NCBI GenBank assembly: GCA_977016875.1
Contig: CDRNST010000369.1
Span: 124,001-188,000, forward strand
Direction: 5' to 3'
Length of the DNA: 64,000 nucleotides
Source: Pavona decussata
Lineage: Eukaryota
The notes under the pieces were generated by a model, which did no database searches, was not told where the DNA came from, and saw only the letters and a program-made list of their open reading frames with translations. This document shows, in pieces, positions 37,921 to 51,478 of this stretch (positions are counted from its first letter, which is position 1; each line of letters begins with the position of its first letter). Made by a program: the position numbers and the translations under genes.

Positions 37921-38739
37921 TTATAGAAAAGAACAATCCCGCGAAAGAAATTTCATGTCTAAAGTGTTACTCTAAAATAGAAAACATTGCTGCCCAATGT
38001 GAGTTTACATTTTCCTTTCTCTTTCTAAAAGTTACGACCCACGAATGTAATTATTATGTTCCGTTTTCGCTGGCATCGTCGTCGTCTCTACTCAAGGTCC
38101 CTAACATCCCTGGTAAAGACCCGCAAACGATCGTGGAAAAAGACTACATTTAAAATATTTTTTTAATACTAATTCTTTGCGTTTCCCTGTAAAAACTGAG
38201 CAACAGAGTGAGCTGTAGCGTACTAGGTCAGAGTAATTACGTTCATTAGGTTATTTTAAATTATTTGACATTAACATCTACGTAACATACCGTTGTTCCA
38301 TTTTTCTTGGGAGAAAATTCTTTTGCTGTTAACCTCCTGTGAACTAGTTCTTCGCATCGCTGAACAAGGTCTTTGCAGAACCAATCACTGCTGCCTTTTC
38401 CCAGCGGGTAGGAAAGGTCTTTAAAATGACTGAACACTTCTTTGGGACCAACGGGAGGAATGTTAAGATACATGGCGTATGAACCAGGAACCGCTTATTT
38501 ACCTGGGGGTAAAATAAACGATATCAACAGACATTATGGCAGGGGTATCCAGATGTACATCTGGCAGCCACTTATTTACCTGCGACAAGCGGGGAACATA
38601 AGGTACATTTATCAAGACAAGAGCAGAAAGCTATTCAAGAAGACACTTAACCTAGTAGAGTTAGTCCAACAGCTTGGACCTCAGACATTCGGTCTTGCTC
38701 AACCCACAGTAATGAAAAGGTTTGAATTCCTATTGTTGC

Positions 38740-38915
38740 GGGCAGAGCACAGCCACTGCACCGGTATTATGTCGCACAGGTTACGATTTGTAACCCCATT
38801 CAAGTCTGAAGGTTTCCCAGGCTTTTTTTTAACTTCAGTTCAAGTTGTGTACATAACTGCGATGGTGTTCAGTGTCTATACATCTTTCATCATTTCATAT
38901 TTCGTTTATTCACTC
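38740..38915 (+). mobile_element. Decayed tRNA-related SINE-like repeat
   Basis: cactgcaccggtat...ttcaagtctgaa...caggct...aagttgtgtacataactgcgatg resembles a common coral tRNA-derived repeat (recalled, not searched). Confidence 0.5.
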
Positions 38916-39669
38916 TCATTTAAAACCTTTCAGTTTTTAGTAAGGGGTTTAACGATACTCAATCTTTGAGATCCTCGCTCCGTGACTAAATAAAGCAAAC
39001 AGTAATAGTATTATGAATTTTAGGCTTTCCTCCCCCCCCCCCCCCCCCCCGTCTCCAAAAAAAATCTTGGAAAACTTGAACTTGAATTGAAACAGACCAC
39101 AAAGGAGACAAACTGAACAAAGATACGTTTACCACGCTAAAACTTAAAAGTGTGAAACAACTAGGTGTGACGTTCACTTATACTATACAATAAGGTATAA
39201 AGCAAACTCCGTTCTCTCCTGGAGATGGACCAGTACTCGTGCAATTGGGGTTACTTTGGAGTCTGAAGCTGAAACTCTAAAGTGTGGTTGATCAAATGCA
39301 AGCTACCTTTACTGAAAACTGAATTCAGAGAACCTTTTACTATGTAGCTATTCCATGTAAATCGCAAATTCTTTTGTAGAAATTTTGCAAATTTTCCAGT
39401 TCGGTCAATTTGGCTTTTTTTATCAACGTTGCTAGAACCAGAAATGGGCAAACGGGTTAGAGCGTAGGCCAGGATTCCTGACGCCTTACCCTCAGCTTTT
39501 TCTTATTCCAGTTTTTGGTGACATCCTTTTTTTATGTCCGAAACTGTTTTCCTTTGACGTTCTTCAGAGATGAAGATCAGTGACAACTCAATTGCCGTGC
39601 GCTTCAAAGCCTGTTCAACTCTATTGACCACTTGTATACTGCTCCTAATGAATTGTTGCCATACTGGTA

Positions 39670-40035
39670 GGTAAAAAGGTTAAGTCGCGCACAACCCACA
39701 AGCAACCAACACGGCCGGAGCTAAACCTGGCTGATGGGATTCTAGTTTATCACAGGATACCAGGCATGAAGCAACTAGGAGCATTGCTACTCCCTCCTGG
39801 ATAGGATGCAAGTCCGTCGCAGGGAAGTCCTGAAGGGACTACCCCGTTTAAATAAAGGTGTTCAACTGTCAGGTTACCCCAAGCATTACGTCGCATTTAT
39901 ACATCTGGGTAGAGACAGACAATGTGGAGCTAAAACTCTTCTTAATTATTTAACGAAACAACTCAACAGAAGAGGTCAGGCTTTAAACTACCTCCACATC
40001 CGACATCCAGCGTGCTATCCACTACACCACCGCAC
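39670..40035 (-). mobile_element. Decayed SINE2-type element
   Basis: gcatgaagcaactaggagcattgctactccctcctggataggatgcaagtccgtcgcaggg ... catttatacatctgggtagagacagacaatgtg ... ccactacaccaccgc resembles the antisense of anthozoan tRNA-SINEs. Confidence 0.6.
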
Positions 40036-42529
40036 TTTCTACCCCCCTTCACTTAACAAAAACTAGATTAAGTGTAAAACGTAATAATTATTGCGAATAC
40101 TGTAGATTCGCCTCACTAAATTAAGGAAGACTGTGAAGTTTCGTTGAGTCTTGATTAATAATCGAGAACGATTTTGAGGTTTGAATTTCAGGACTTTTAC
40201 GTTACTCGACATGTTCAGTTGGTGGGCCACATCACCACACCCAAGCATGCACACGACATACATATTTTGTCAACATTTGAGCGCTAGGCAGTTATCAACA
40301 GATTTCGATTGAGTAGTTACACTTGAGCATTTTGCCAACAGATTCATAGATAGAGCACTTCCAAAGTCAGTTTCGACGGGAAATGCAACTTGGCGCGCGA
40401 AGGAATGGAGTTCCGCTGTAGTATTGACATAGTAGGATCTTTGAAATGCTTAAACCAATTTTCGACCAATATCGAATTGTGAGAATAAAAGAAGAAAGCG
40501 CTGGTCTTGCTTTCAGCACGTTTGACTCAACTTCCACAGAATGGTCGGCGATTTTTTTGCCTTTGCTGAAGAAACTGAGTCAGCGTTGTATCCTAGGAAA
40601 AGAGACTATAAAGTAAAGATAGATGTAAAGATATGTAAAATTAAATGATAGCGGAGAACAGCGATGCTGCTATCGGCAGTTGTTTCCCGTTTAAAAATAA
40701 AAGAAAAAAGAAACAAGTGAAGCTGAACTGGATAGTTTGCCTCCTTAATTGAACAAGTTCGACTGCACACACACACACTCTCCACAACCTACCTCAGTTA
40801 GCAACTCAACTTGACAAGTAATAACTAAATTCTCCTCTCTGGTTACCTTATGTCTCTTTAGATTTTGGTTCTGAGAGCTTGAAGGTAGATCAAGGCAATT
40901 ATTCCCTAGTTAAGGCTTTTCACACTTGAACACTTCAGAATTTTACACTAACGAAAACATTGAAACGCTCCAACGTTAGCCGGTATGTTGCACTCTAAGA
41001 ATGAAAGGTCAGAAGTGTGCTGCTGCTTTAGTGTCTTCAGTGTCTTTTGTTCTCCTTCACCTTACAAGCTGAAAATGACCACCAGCGAGGGGTCCCTACT
41101 GAGTATTAAACGCCCAGCAGGTAAGTTGCTGTGTGTGGGAGGACGTATACACTGGATAACAGCAGTCATTTTCTGACGCGCGAGAGGCACGCGAATCAGC
41201 GAAAACAAAGACCTAAGTAAACGCTTGATAGCAGTTAAGAGGTGAGAATGTAGAATAATGCTCTTCGACTGACAGTTTCCAGAATTGTAAAATGACGATG
41301 ACTGGAATGTAGCCTCTTACTAAATTATTTAAACTTACTGGCAACATGACTTGGGCCAACTCAGTTGTGAACCAAACTTAGAGACGAAAAACGTAATTGG
41401 GCGAAAGTGGGGGTCACTGTTTGCAAGGAAACTCTTGGATTTCTTGTACAAAGTTAACAGAAACTCATGAGAGATGTCACGTGTAACACGCGCCCACGGC
41501 GTGCGAATCACTTCATTTTTGCTAACCAGATTTAAAAAACCCGCCACTTTGAACAAAGCGCGCCTGAACTTTCGCGCGGAAACTGCGTTAAAATAATAAG
41601 GCAAAGTGATTGGCTTTAGAGTTTGTCATTCGTTCTCCAAATATGCTACATATGAGATTGAATACTCATACGCTTTTGAAAAGTAGCAAAAGTAAAGATA
41701 TGGATTTTTGAAAACGATGATAATGAATAAGCATACTTAGAAAGAGTAGTACAGAGGTTGGCCCTCTGCAATAAGAAGGCAGGGGGGTGAGATTGTTTAT
41801 AAACTAAAAACTTAATGAGATTTTTAAAAAATCGTCGCAAGTTAAAACTTCCAATTTGAAAAAACTAAGACGAAGTAGCAGCAAGGAAATTGTTGAACCT
41901 AACATATTACAGGTCTTTAACTCTTCGTGACAAAACGACTTTGTAAAGGTGACTGGTGATTGTATTGTAGCCTTAAACTCAATAATTCCGTGTGACAACG
42001 CGAACACACCAGGCTAAATCAGTTCCAAGCCAAACTTAGAAACGTTAAAATCAAGTGGGAGGGTGTGTGTGTCTGTGTCAAGAAAATTGCTATTCAATTA
42101 ACTGCGTTCAGAATTGTTAAAATGCGGGTGACTCAAAATAAATAATTAAGCAATTCCTTGTTACAATACGATTTTGGGCTAACGGCACGTAAAATTGAGA
42201 ACAAACCTATATAGAGTGGGAGTGGAAGTTGAACCCTCATGTATTCACAGTAAAAGTAAATTGCAGGTAAGTAAGTGTTCCCAGCTAAATTTGGAAAAAG
42301 GAAAATTCGACGCTTTTAGTCTTATGTGCCATGCAGCTGGTCAAAGGGGTCCGGTAATTATCCTTTACAGTTAACCCACATCATCTTTAACAATCTTTTT
42401 TTTTTTTTGTAGAACAGCTTTCTGTCAATTGTGAAGCACTGATGAGTGCTTTTGCCGCTAGAACGAACGACACAAATGATGGACTAGAGAATGTGACTCT
42501 GTAGTGTGAACTTAAATTGCTAAGTAAAA

Positions 42530-42708
42530 TAGCTCAGTCGGTAGAACAATGGTTGATCAAAATCCGGAGATAATGGTCCGATTCCCGCCGAGCTGGAAGA
42601 CTTTTTTCTTTGCCTCGTGTGGTCTCACATTTCCTTACTAGAGCTAACGCTCAGTAGGAAATTCTTGGGATTAAGCACTCTAACTTACACTACTGAGCTA
42701 ATGCTCTG
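42530..42708 (+). mobile_element. tRNA-derived SINE remnant (not a functional tRNA)
   Basis: A-box TAGCTCAGTCGGTAGA, degenerate B-box GGTCCGATTCCC, no intact cloverleaf, followed by a non-tRNA body. Confidence 0.65.
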
Positions 42709-42774
42709 GTCCATCACTTGTGAAACACTGTTTGACAATTTGTGGCGAGTTTTTCCGTGTGCCAAGCGGGAAAA

Positions 42775-42945
42775 ACTAGGGCATTTCGAAGTCACCCTCA
42801 CGTTCTTTAATGTACACTTTAATTAACAACGAAAATGTTTTGGGTTTACTACTTTCATTAACTACTAGAGCATTTCGAAGTCGCCCTAACGTTCTTTAAT
42901 GTACACTTTAATTAACAACGAAAATGTTTGGGTTTACTACTTTCA
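42775..42945. repeat. Recent tandem duplication, period 89 bp
   Basis: gcatttcgaagtc(a/g)ccct(c/a)acgttctttaatgtacactttaattaacaacgaaaatgttt...gggtttactactttca at 42781 and 42870. Confidence 0.92.
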
Positions 42946-43285
42946 AACGATAAACTACGGAAGGCGATTTCTTGTCATCAAACTTCGGACTCAGTTTTCT
43001 TGAAATTCGGATGAAACACTGAGACGATATCATAAAGCGTATAAATTTATTAAATATACTTCCATCTACAGTCTGTTCAATTAGAATGCAACAAACTAAA
43101 CAATATACTTTGAGCAAAAACAAAACACAAAGTGAACAGTGTGTGAATTCTAACGCCTGTACATTTAACCCTGGATGATACTCCAACAACTGAAGCCGAC
43201 TTTTAAGGTTTGGTATTTAGATTGAAGAAGACGATAATTAAACTTGTTATCCAAAAGGCTGATTTATAGGTACCGATTTACCGGC

Positions 43286-43419
43286 CTGGCCCCAGTTGGT
43301 CAAAGAGCGGATAACACTTTCCAGCGGATACAATGCATTAGTTGGAGGATATTTTATCCGCTGGAGAACGATTTATCCACTGGATAAGAGTCATCCGCTT
43401 TTTGAACAACCAAGGCCTG
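43286..43419. mobile_element. Short palindromic MITE with GGATAA/TTATCC internal repeats
   Basis: ctggccccagttggtcaaagagcggat ... atccgctttttgaacaaccaaggcctg, imperfect TIRs. Confidence 0.7.
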
Positions 43420-46019
43420 ATATAGTAGTTCAGTCGCATTGGCCATGAACACGTTACAATTTGTCGGCCCATTTCAATTCCTATTCTTTTGGTGTAGCGA
43501 GGGTTTACATCGGCCACATTCAAAAACAGAGACATCTATAGTACTAGCAGAGATTATTATAAATCGGGCTGATTTTCCTCAGCTCCGGCACTCATTTTCT
43601 TTGTCAAATTGGGCCAAAAAGGCCCGGTTGATCAGTACTTGTGAATTAGCCTTAACGAATGGAGTCACACTGTGGAACATTTTAATAAGCCTTAGCCACT
43701 TTTTGTAAAATGTTTAAAAATTGCGGCAATTAGCACATTTACTCAAATATACACACCGGTTATCGAGAATGTTCGGATGACCGCTTTTTCAATTTATTCA
43801 GTGAAGGAAAAATTTTCTGACCTTTGGTTTTGTCCGAAAGTTTATTCGCCCAAACATTTTGGTTTATTAAAGCAACAAAAACCTCGCTGTCTAAGAAAGC
43901 TGATGGAAAAATACTGAATAAAAATAAATAGCGACATCACGGAAAGAACTTCTGGAAAGATTTTGACTATTCAAATTTTTAAACAGTTTGAACAGTCAAA
44001 TTTCTGGGATTTCATCTACAGACTTCAAAAGTTAAAAGTACCTTGTAAAACATGCCGGTAGTGTCACCATTCGAATAAAAACCAAGAGAAGGATTTTGGT
44101 CCAAAAACTTAAAGGCCATTTTCAATCAAGGTTTCTCTCTAAGCGGGATATACAATCAAGACACCTCCGCACTGCAAATGTCAATTGTTCCTGGAGACGA
44201 AAGCACTTCCTCTTCCCTCCCAAACATGTTCCACTTAAATAACACTAATTATTCAAGCCCCTGCTCTTGGTTATGAAAATATTTTAAACCCCTGATCACG
44301 CCCGACTGAACGAACAAAAGGCAACATATCACTTCTAGGTTTTTTTAAAGTTTATGTCGGTTTCCGCACGGACAGAAAGGACAGCTAACCACAGGAAAGT
44401 ACACTAGAAGATTTCTGCTAATAAACCCGCGAATTTCAGTGTTTAATCGTGCTAAGAAGCAAAGATACATGCCGGTTTACAACAGCATGCAAAAGGTTAC
44501 CTTCATGACTAAGGTAACACAGTATGACAATCTCTAACTAAAGTTGCTTTTCTCTAAACCTATATCTTCGTTTATGTATAGGCAAGATAAGATTCAACAC
44601 TCAGATGTATAGAGTCTCTTCCAAGACTATACATGTTATTCCTGACAGGGCTGAAAGTTATACATAGACAAGTGAAAATAAACGATAAAACCGAACAACG
44701 TTTCGGGGTCGTCATGACGCCATTATCAAGTTCGAAGTGATAGAAATAAATGAAGTCAATGTCAGAAATAAAAGTCAAACTTTAAAAGAAAATGCAAGTT
44801 TTCATTTTTTTTCAGTTTTCTTTTGGCAGTTATTCATTCCTTTTTTTCCCAACAGTTAAATTTCTTAAGTAGCATGTTACAAATTCAAATAAAAAATATT
44901 CAGTCTCATTCAATAAATCGTATCTTCCTGTACATGACTTAACGATGCCATTTATTCTTTACCCCGCAACACTAATCATTATTACTATCTGCGATCTGAA
45001 AATATTCACCCCCTCTACTTTTCTCGGAGACAAGCAGACTTTAAATGCACTTTCATCCTCCAAGGCTTTCAAATATAAAATATTAGTTTTCAATCTTTCT
45101 TTGTGAGAAGTATTATTTAATTTACAAACATTTACTGCATCTGCATCCATAAGAAATATCAGTTCAACTCCTGTCGGAAGAACTCTGATTTTCTCCTCTA
45201 AATACATCTAAAAAGGTTTGAAAATACATTGTACCTTTGATTTTCTGGTTACGATAGATATGTTAACACAATTTTTGTTTCCATCTGCCCACGTAACATA
45301 GTATTAATATATGGAGAGAAAAATACAGGGATGTTAACCACTTTGAGGCCATCTGCTTGTCACTTCCGCAATGCAAAACGTGCCTGCACATAACATAGCA
45401 GACTGTCATCTATTAAGAAAAAGGTCTCCAAATTGATAGATAGATTGAAACCAAACAAAATTTAGACGAACCTTTACCAATGTGGATTTCATCGAATATC
45501 AGTATTCATTGATATATTTGTGATTATTTATTTGTTTTTTTGGTTGATTTGTGCGAAGCTAAATACACGAGGATCAAGAATCTAAAGATTGACAATAAAA
45601 ACCTGTCACATGTCGGCGAAATTGTTGGAGAGTGTAGTTGAGTGAAGGCTCAAGTGGCAATGCTTCACACCAGCTTTTCAATTATTCCACGATTCGGATG
45701 TCTTCGACAGCAATAATTGCGACATTCCTATCCTTGAACAGAATATCTGAAATGATACCTATTTTCCACCTGTCGCGCTAAAAATCACCCCGAGAAGCCG
45801 GAACGCCTTTGAAATCTCGCAACTAGCTGGTTGTGCATTTATTCAACAGCACAAACAGAACGAAATAACAAGCTGTGAGTCTCAAAAATAGAAGAGAGCA
45901 TAAAAATGACTGTCCGGCCACCATAGTCACGAATGCTACCAAAATTAATGGCCTTTTAATGCTTTCTCTTCAATCCCAGAGGAATGTTGTGCGGATGGAG
46001 TCTGTGTACTAATTCTTAG

Positions 46020-46250
46020 CCTTTCAAATGAAAGCTTCTGAGCAATACTTTCACGAGTAGCCGTTCGTTACCCTTCACAATGCAGTTCTAAATTTTTAGT
46101 CTGCGGATGAAATCCCGTGAGGGGTGACCATTCAAATAAAAGCTACTAAACAGTACTGTCCTGTGGTACTGTTTGCTATGCTGTGAAAGGTGCTAGGTTT
46201 TTAGTCTATGGTTGAAATCCTGACGTTTCACCCCAGTTGAACTGAAGGTA
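46020..46250 (-). repeat. Two reverse-oriented 106-bp repeat units
   Basis: ttcaaatgaaagcttctgagcaatactttc ... gtgaccattcaaataaaagctactaaacagtactgtcctgtggtactgttt. Confidence 0.8.
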
Positions 46251-48807
46251 CCAAGTAAAAATCTTCTGTGGTCAAGTTCGTTTTGAAATAAAATGATGCA
46301 ACAAGATGATCTTTCATAATCTTCTAGTACTCTGAGAAACGGACAAACTAAATCACTCAAACTACTAACGGCGTATTTTGAAACTTGACCTATTCCTTAC
46401 TGATATGTTCGACCGAAGGCTTCCGCCTATTCAAAGATCTATAAAATACGCTGAATTAAAATCTAACTGTAGATATACTGGAATGAAAGACAGAAAGAAA
46501 CAAACCTCGACTGTTTCAAGTGACAGCGTCGCGTCTAGATTGCTTTCTTCAGTTGTTGGTCAACTACCGATCAGTCTGCTTAGAACATTCTGTGACAACG
46601 TATTACTCGGCAGAAGACTTAAGTTATGTTGCACGCGAAGCGATGAGTTGATACGAAAAACAATTATTTGAATAAATAACCCTTCGACTTCCGCTGTCAA
46701 ATTGTTTCATTAGCAGACAAAGAAGAGGATATATATAACTTGATTCAAGTTGACACAATGGACATCGTTTCGATTGGAAGATGCTTAAAACTGATTCAAC
46801 CGGCTTTCGAGTAGAAAAAAGAAGAACTATTTAGTAGACGTACGGGACTACCATGATTTATTTATTTTTATCACGTTTACCTGTAACTGTAAATTATTTT
46901 GGACATCAAAATGTTTAATGGATATTAATATTAGCGCAACAATACCATTATTAAATGTTAATTGAATGGAATATAGCCAAGAAAATATAGCCAAGAAAGT
47001 TAATTCACGGAGAAAAGAAATTAACCACACTAAGCCGCGAATTTTTCATATTTTTGTGATAATTTGTGCATTTCCTGATGCTTTGTAGGGACAAACACGA
47101 TGAAGACAACAACTTATGGAAATTTTAAAACTTCCGCTTATAGAAACAATTCCTGTTTACTTTGCAGAAATATTTTTTCAGATCGTTTAGGCTAACTTAA
47201 ATGAAGAATTTGTTTGACGATAGTAGCGTGGTTTTGTTACGAAATCAGCGGAAAGGATGTTTCAAACATATCAGCTAGGAGTAATATGCAAGGAGACTTG
47301 GCAAGCCGTGCAAATGCATAACTGAATAAAATTTTAGTTCATCGTAGAGTGGACAAGATCCATAGTTGCAAACATTTTCTATTTGCCTCTAAACACTGCA
47401 ATTATACAGTGAAGACTAAACCACAAGACCCACAAATTAAGGACACAAAAGGTAGAAATGAGTACGGCTTAAAGAATAGCGATTTAATTATTCTGCATTT
47501 TATTTGACCTGTTTACTCTCAACTAGTTAAAAAGCGGAACATTTATCTATAATTTGAAAATAGGACTAGAAGGCTTCAAGAGTTATAAAAGACTATACAA
47601 GAGTGGACTGCTCGACATCTTACATTGTGGACCTTCGTCAGCAACGCAATCGAAAGCATCAGTTTTCGTTCTATAAACTACAACAAAAACTTTATTTACA
47701 CACGTTGAAAACAAAATATCAGTTTTTGCACTGAAAATAATTATATTACCTGCATGGTTTGCATATGCAGGGGCCGTGTTGGAATCCGATCCGTAGAACT
47801 GAAAGCCTATTTTAAAACGCACTGTTCTAAGTTCCTTGGGAAGATTATTTCAGAGAACGGTTTAGCGATTTAGCAATTTGTGTTAGGTGGACGAACTATC
47901 CAGAGGATGAATTCTGAATGCATGGGACGACATTCAAGTTTAGAAGAAGCAAGGAAACTTTACCATCGATTGTTCACCTTTTCCGTTAAGCCTCAAAATT
48001 GCTTATTGAACGCGTGGTCACTTTGCAGAGAATGGCAAAGAGATTTCCTAAAATGTAAACGCACGTGCATATTGTTTAGCTCACTTATACGTTTGTTTAC
48101 GCCGTTCAGTCTCGTTCTGTGGCTTTCGTATAGTCGCCAAGGTCCCTTTTAATGAATGCACTTATAGGACTTCGTATACGATTTCATTCCGTTAAAGCAA
48201 ATGGGGTATTTGTCTCCGGACTCTAAATTTAGATCTTTTGTAAACGAGCACTTTTCGGGATTCAATTGTGCAACAAAAAAAATTTAAGGTTTGATGACAG
48301 CGGAATCACCGCTATAAAAAAAGTACCAGTTCTTCCTACTAGCGACATGGAGGATAGACCCGAGTAAAGTTTTTGACTGCGAGGAATAAGGCCAAGTTTT
48401 TAGACCACTCCCTTCTCAAAAAAAAGCCATTAGACTGACATCCAACGACCTAGAGCGAAACCCCAAAGTCTATTCTTCACTGAATAAAACCGAAATGTTG
48501 TTCCTGCCGAAATCTTCCCACGCTAAAATGTCCAACCAGAAAATTTCTAGCCCCGAAAAAGTCTCCAATCGCCAATTTCTAACCCAAGGAAGGTTGGAGC
48601 ACCCCTCCCCCCAAGTCACTAATATACCTGATTACCCCCCTCCGGACGTAAACTTTGTAGCGACAACCTATACAAGTATGTGCCGCGTCCCACAGGTATG
48701 GTTTGTTGAGCCATTTTTGCCTAACAGTTGTCATTTTGGTTTAAATTAGGTGTGGTTTTGACTTCTGGCTGAGTATGGGCTTGATTTTTAAGAGCAAAGC
48801 TCAAAAC

Positions 48808-48984
48808 AATAGGCCTTTTCCTAGTTGCTGTAAACCTCATTATGAAAGCGAGGCTAAGTGCAAAGCTGTTGATGTGAAAATTAGTTTTGTTTGCATATGA
48901 ATGAAAACTAATTTTCATAATAAAAACTTTGCACTTAGCCTCGCTTTCACAATGAGGTTCAAAGCAACTCGGAAATGGCCTATT
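48808..48984. mobile_element. 177-bp fold-back MITE
   Basis: aataggcc...ggcctatt ends; arms gaaagcgaggctaagtgcaaag / ctttgcacttagcctcgctttc are perfectly complementary. Confidence 0.9.
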
Positions 48985-49029
48985 GGCCCTCACTTAATCA
49001 AAAACGTGGCACTTTTATTTCATCTAATT

Positions 49030-49530
49030 TTAACCTTCACAGTTTCCAATCGTGACCAGAATCTAATTTCTCCATACAAAATCACTACTTGATCAAGCAC
49101 ACTGGTCATGAGAAAGAAGTATTTGATCATTAAAAGAAAAAAATGCCTTATGATGATTAAACAAATTCTTCCAACTTGTGTTAGAGCGGTTTTCAATTGA
49201 GTGTCGAAAGTAGTTTTGCGTTTGCTTTGGTTTTGCATTACTACGCTCTGTGATTGGTTAACAAAAATCGCGCCACTTTCTCAACCAATGGGAATCCAAA
49301 CCAAAACCAATCGTGTTTTGGCCGCACGCGTTTTCCCGCGCTTGGCGCCAGTTACATGTATTTGCTTCGAATTCTGATTGGCTCGTTGTGTTCTTTACAT
49401 CTGTTGCGATTGGCCAGAGTAATTACTTTGGTTTTGGTGTTACGACACTCAATTGGAAACCGCTCTATAAGGAATACATGGATATCAGTAAGGAGAGTAC
49501 GCGAGTTGAAATTTGGACTTAAAGATATAA
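49030..49530. mobile_element. Older TTAA-flanked MITE-like repeat interrupted by a younger MITE
   Basis: ttaacc...gtgaccagaatctaatttctcc...aaacaaattct [insert] aggaatacatggatatcagtaaggaga...ttggacttaaag resembles a common coral repeat (recalled). Confidence 0.5.
49182..49467. mobile_element. 286-bp MITE with 25-bp TIRs including TA ends
   Basis: TAGAGCGGTTTTCAATTGAGTGTCG ... CGACACTCAATTGGAAACCGCTCTA (24/25). Confidence 0.92.
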
Positions 49531-49774
49531 ATGCAAATTTTCACTGGAGCGCAGAGAGACGAGAAGTACAGTCAAAAAGACATAATTCCACACAATTTTA
49601 GCGCGATTTACTGCTTCTGATAGGCAAACGTCGGATCTGAAAACAGATATGGATTTTACACCTAAGAAAATAACTTAGTGTTAACTACGAAATAGCATCT
49701 TGGTTGTTGCAACTGCAATTGCGGTTTTTTGTGATCCATACAATGTACAGTTAGGGAATAGTTAGGCAATCAAG

Positions 49775-49905
49775 GTATTGTGAGTATTGTAAGTATTGTA
49801 AATATTGTTAGCATTGTAAGAAGTGTATTTATTGTAGGTATTGTAAGTAGTGTAGGTACTGTATTGTAAGTAGTGTAATTGTTAGTACTGCAAGTATAGT
49901 AAGCA
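49775..49905. repeat. Degenerate 9-bp minisatellite (AGTATTGTA)n
   Basis: gtattgtgagtattgtaagtattgtaaatattgttagcattgtaag... Confidence 0.85.
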
Positions 49906-50377
49906 TATATCATCCACTTTGTCACGTTTTTTTTGTTTGTTTTTTCAACCTTTGGACAATGTTGACGGGTTGGTGTCGTGGCAAGTCCTCGGCCTTGTAA
50001 TTTGTATCATTTCATTCATATGTTTAATTCACGAGTTCGCTCAGAGAGTGCTTTGATTATACTATAGACGTATAACACATCTTGATGCATTTAACGTCTC
50101 GGGCTGAAAGTCGTCTAGTGCTAAAACTGGACATTAAAAGTAGACGGCAAAATAGGAAAAAAAAAGCAAGTTTTTCTTAAAAAAAAAAAAAAAAAAGACA
50201 GACTCCTATTCTCGGAAGAGACTTGCGATAAAATCGGCGCCAAATAGAAGAATTTTCAAATCGACATACATGAAAACATGGCCAGACTTTGCTCACTTCG
50301 CAGCTCCTAAGTGTCTTTCTAGAAGGCGAGAAAGACAAGAAATCAAAAGGAAAATCAGCCGAGGAAATTGGTATGCG

Positions 50378-50505
50378 CCCTGACGAAGGGCTAACGCTCG
50401 AATCTCCAAATTATCTTGCCGTCAAATCTGTTGATAACACCAAACATTTGTTTTCATTCCTCCATCGACGCAGCCCCACAGTTTCTTCAAAAACTAACCC
50501 CCATT
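50378..50505 (+). mobile_element. Penelope-like terminal repeat fragment with a broken hammerhead motif
   Basis: CTGACGA-A-GGGC-TAAC-GCTC-GAAT followed by gttgataacaccaaa...cgacgcagccccacagtttctt. Confidence 0.5.
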
Positions 50506-50731
50506 ATCGATGTAACGAAAATTACCAACACGATATGAGCTAAGCACTCAGCTTGGCTTGTGCGTGGTGGCGAACAAGAGAGCAAAGGAGGGCTAAACTC
50601 GTCCCAGATAAGGGCGTCTCGTTTTTTATGACAGACGCATTATACATTTGGGACGAACTTGACAGAGGACGTTGAAGTCGTCAGAAGATAAATGCGTCTG
50701 ACATATTTTCCGTTTATATGCTAGACGTTAA

Positions 50732-51093
50732 TAGGGAGCTTAAACAACGACGATAACGACAGCGCCACAAAGCAACAGGTTTAATGAGCAAAAATCGCTC
50801 TGCACGTGCGTTTTACATTTTGTTACATTTCTTTGATGTCCTCTGCAAAACAGCAACATGAAATGACCAAATTGTAAGTTTTTTAGAGAACTTGAGGACA
50901 TGACGGTGAATTTTTTACTTTCTTTCTTAACTTCAACGCCACTCCTATCAATATGGTTCCTGGATAGTTCGCCGTTTCTGTAGAAGTTGAGCGATTTGAA
51001 ATAATCGCGAAGTAGCACGAATGAAATAAAGTTATATTTTCAGGTGACGTTTTCGCTGCCGTTGCCGTTGCCGTCGTTGCTTCTTAAGCTCCT
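50732..51093. mobile_element. MITE (GGAGCTTAA TIR family), copy 1
   Basis: tagggagcttaaacaacgacg ... ccgtcgttgcttcttaagctcct. Confidence 0.8.
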
Positions 51094-51111
51094 GTTGTCG
51101 TAAGACGACAT

Positions 51112-51478
51112 TAGGGAAGACAAACAGCGACGACGAGACGGCAATGAGAACGTCGGAAAACAATAGTTTCAATTAGCAAAACACTAGCTCTGCAGGTGCA
51201 TTATACACTTTAGTACGTTTCTTTGACGTCCTCTGCAAAACAACAACTTGAAATGATCACAATCAAGGTTTTAAAGAGAACGTGAACGCATGTTGATTAA
51301 TTTTCCTTCTCTCTCTGAACTTTAAAGCCGCCCCTACGACTTAGTTTTTGGATAGTACGGCCACATTGCAAAAACTAAATGAGTAGAAAAATATCGCGTC
51401 TTTATTCAGAAAACGTGAATGTCATTTTTAAGTTCCGTTTTTAGTTGGCGCCGTAGTCGCCTCTGCTTAAGGCCGCTA
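51112..51478. mobile_element. MITE of the same family, adjacent diverged copy 2
   Basis: Shares gctctgca.gtgc...tttctttga.gtcctctgcaaaaca.caac.tgaaatga with copy 1; ends gcttaaggccgcta. Confidence 0.78.

Noticed and set aside
38442-38969. 175-aa ORF
   Set aside because: Its 3' half runs through a decayed tRNA-related repeat; no recognisable homology.
42433-42470. CTGATGAG as a hammerhead core (similar heptamers near 29263 and 55948)
   Set aside because: No GAAA after a stem II; only a short local hairpin.
42530-42600. tRNA gene
   Set aside because: A-box present, but the T-arm/B-box is degenerate and no acceptor stem forms; it is a SINE head.
48721-49601. Several overlapping ORFs of 63-115 aa
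   Set aside because: They lie within MITEs; no transposase motifs.
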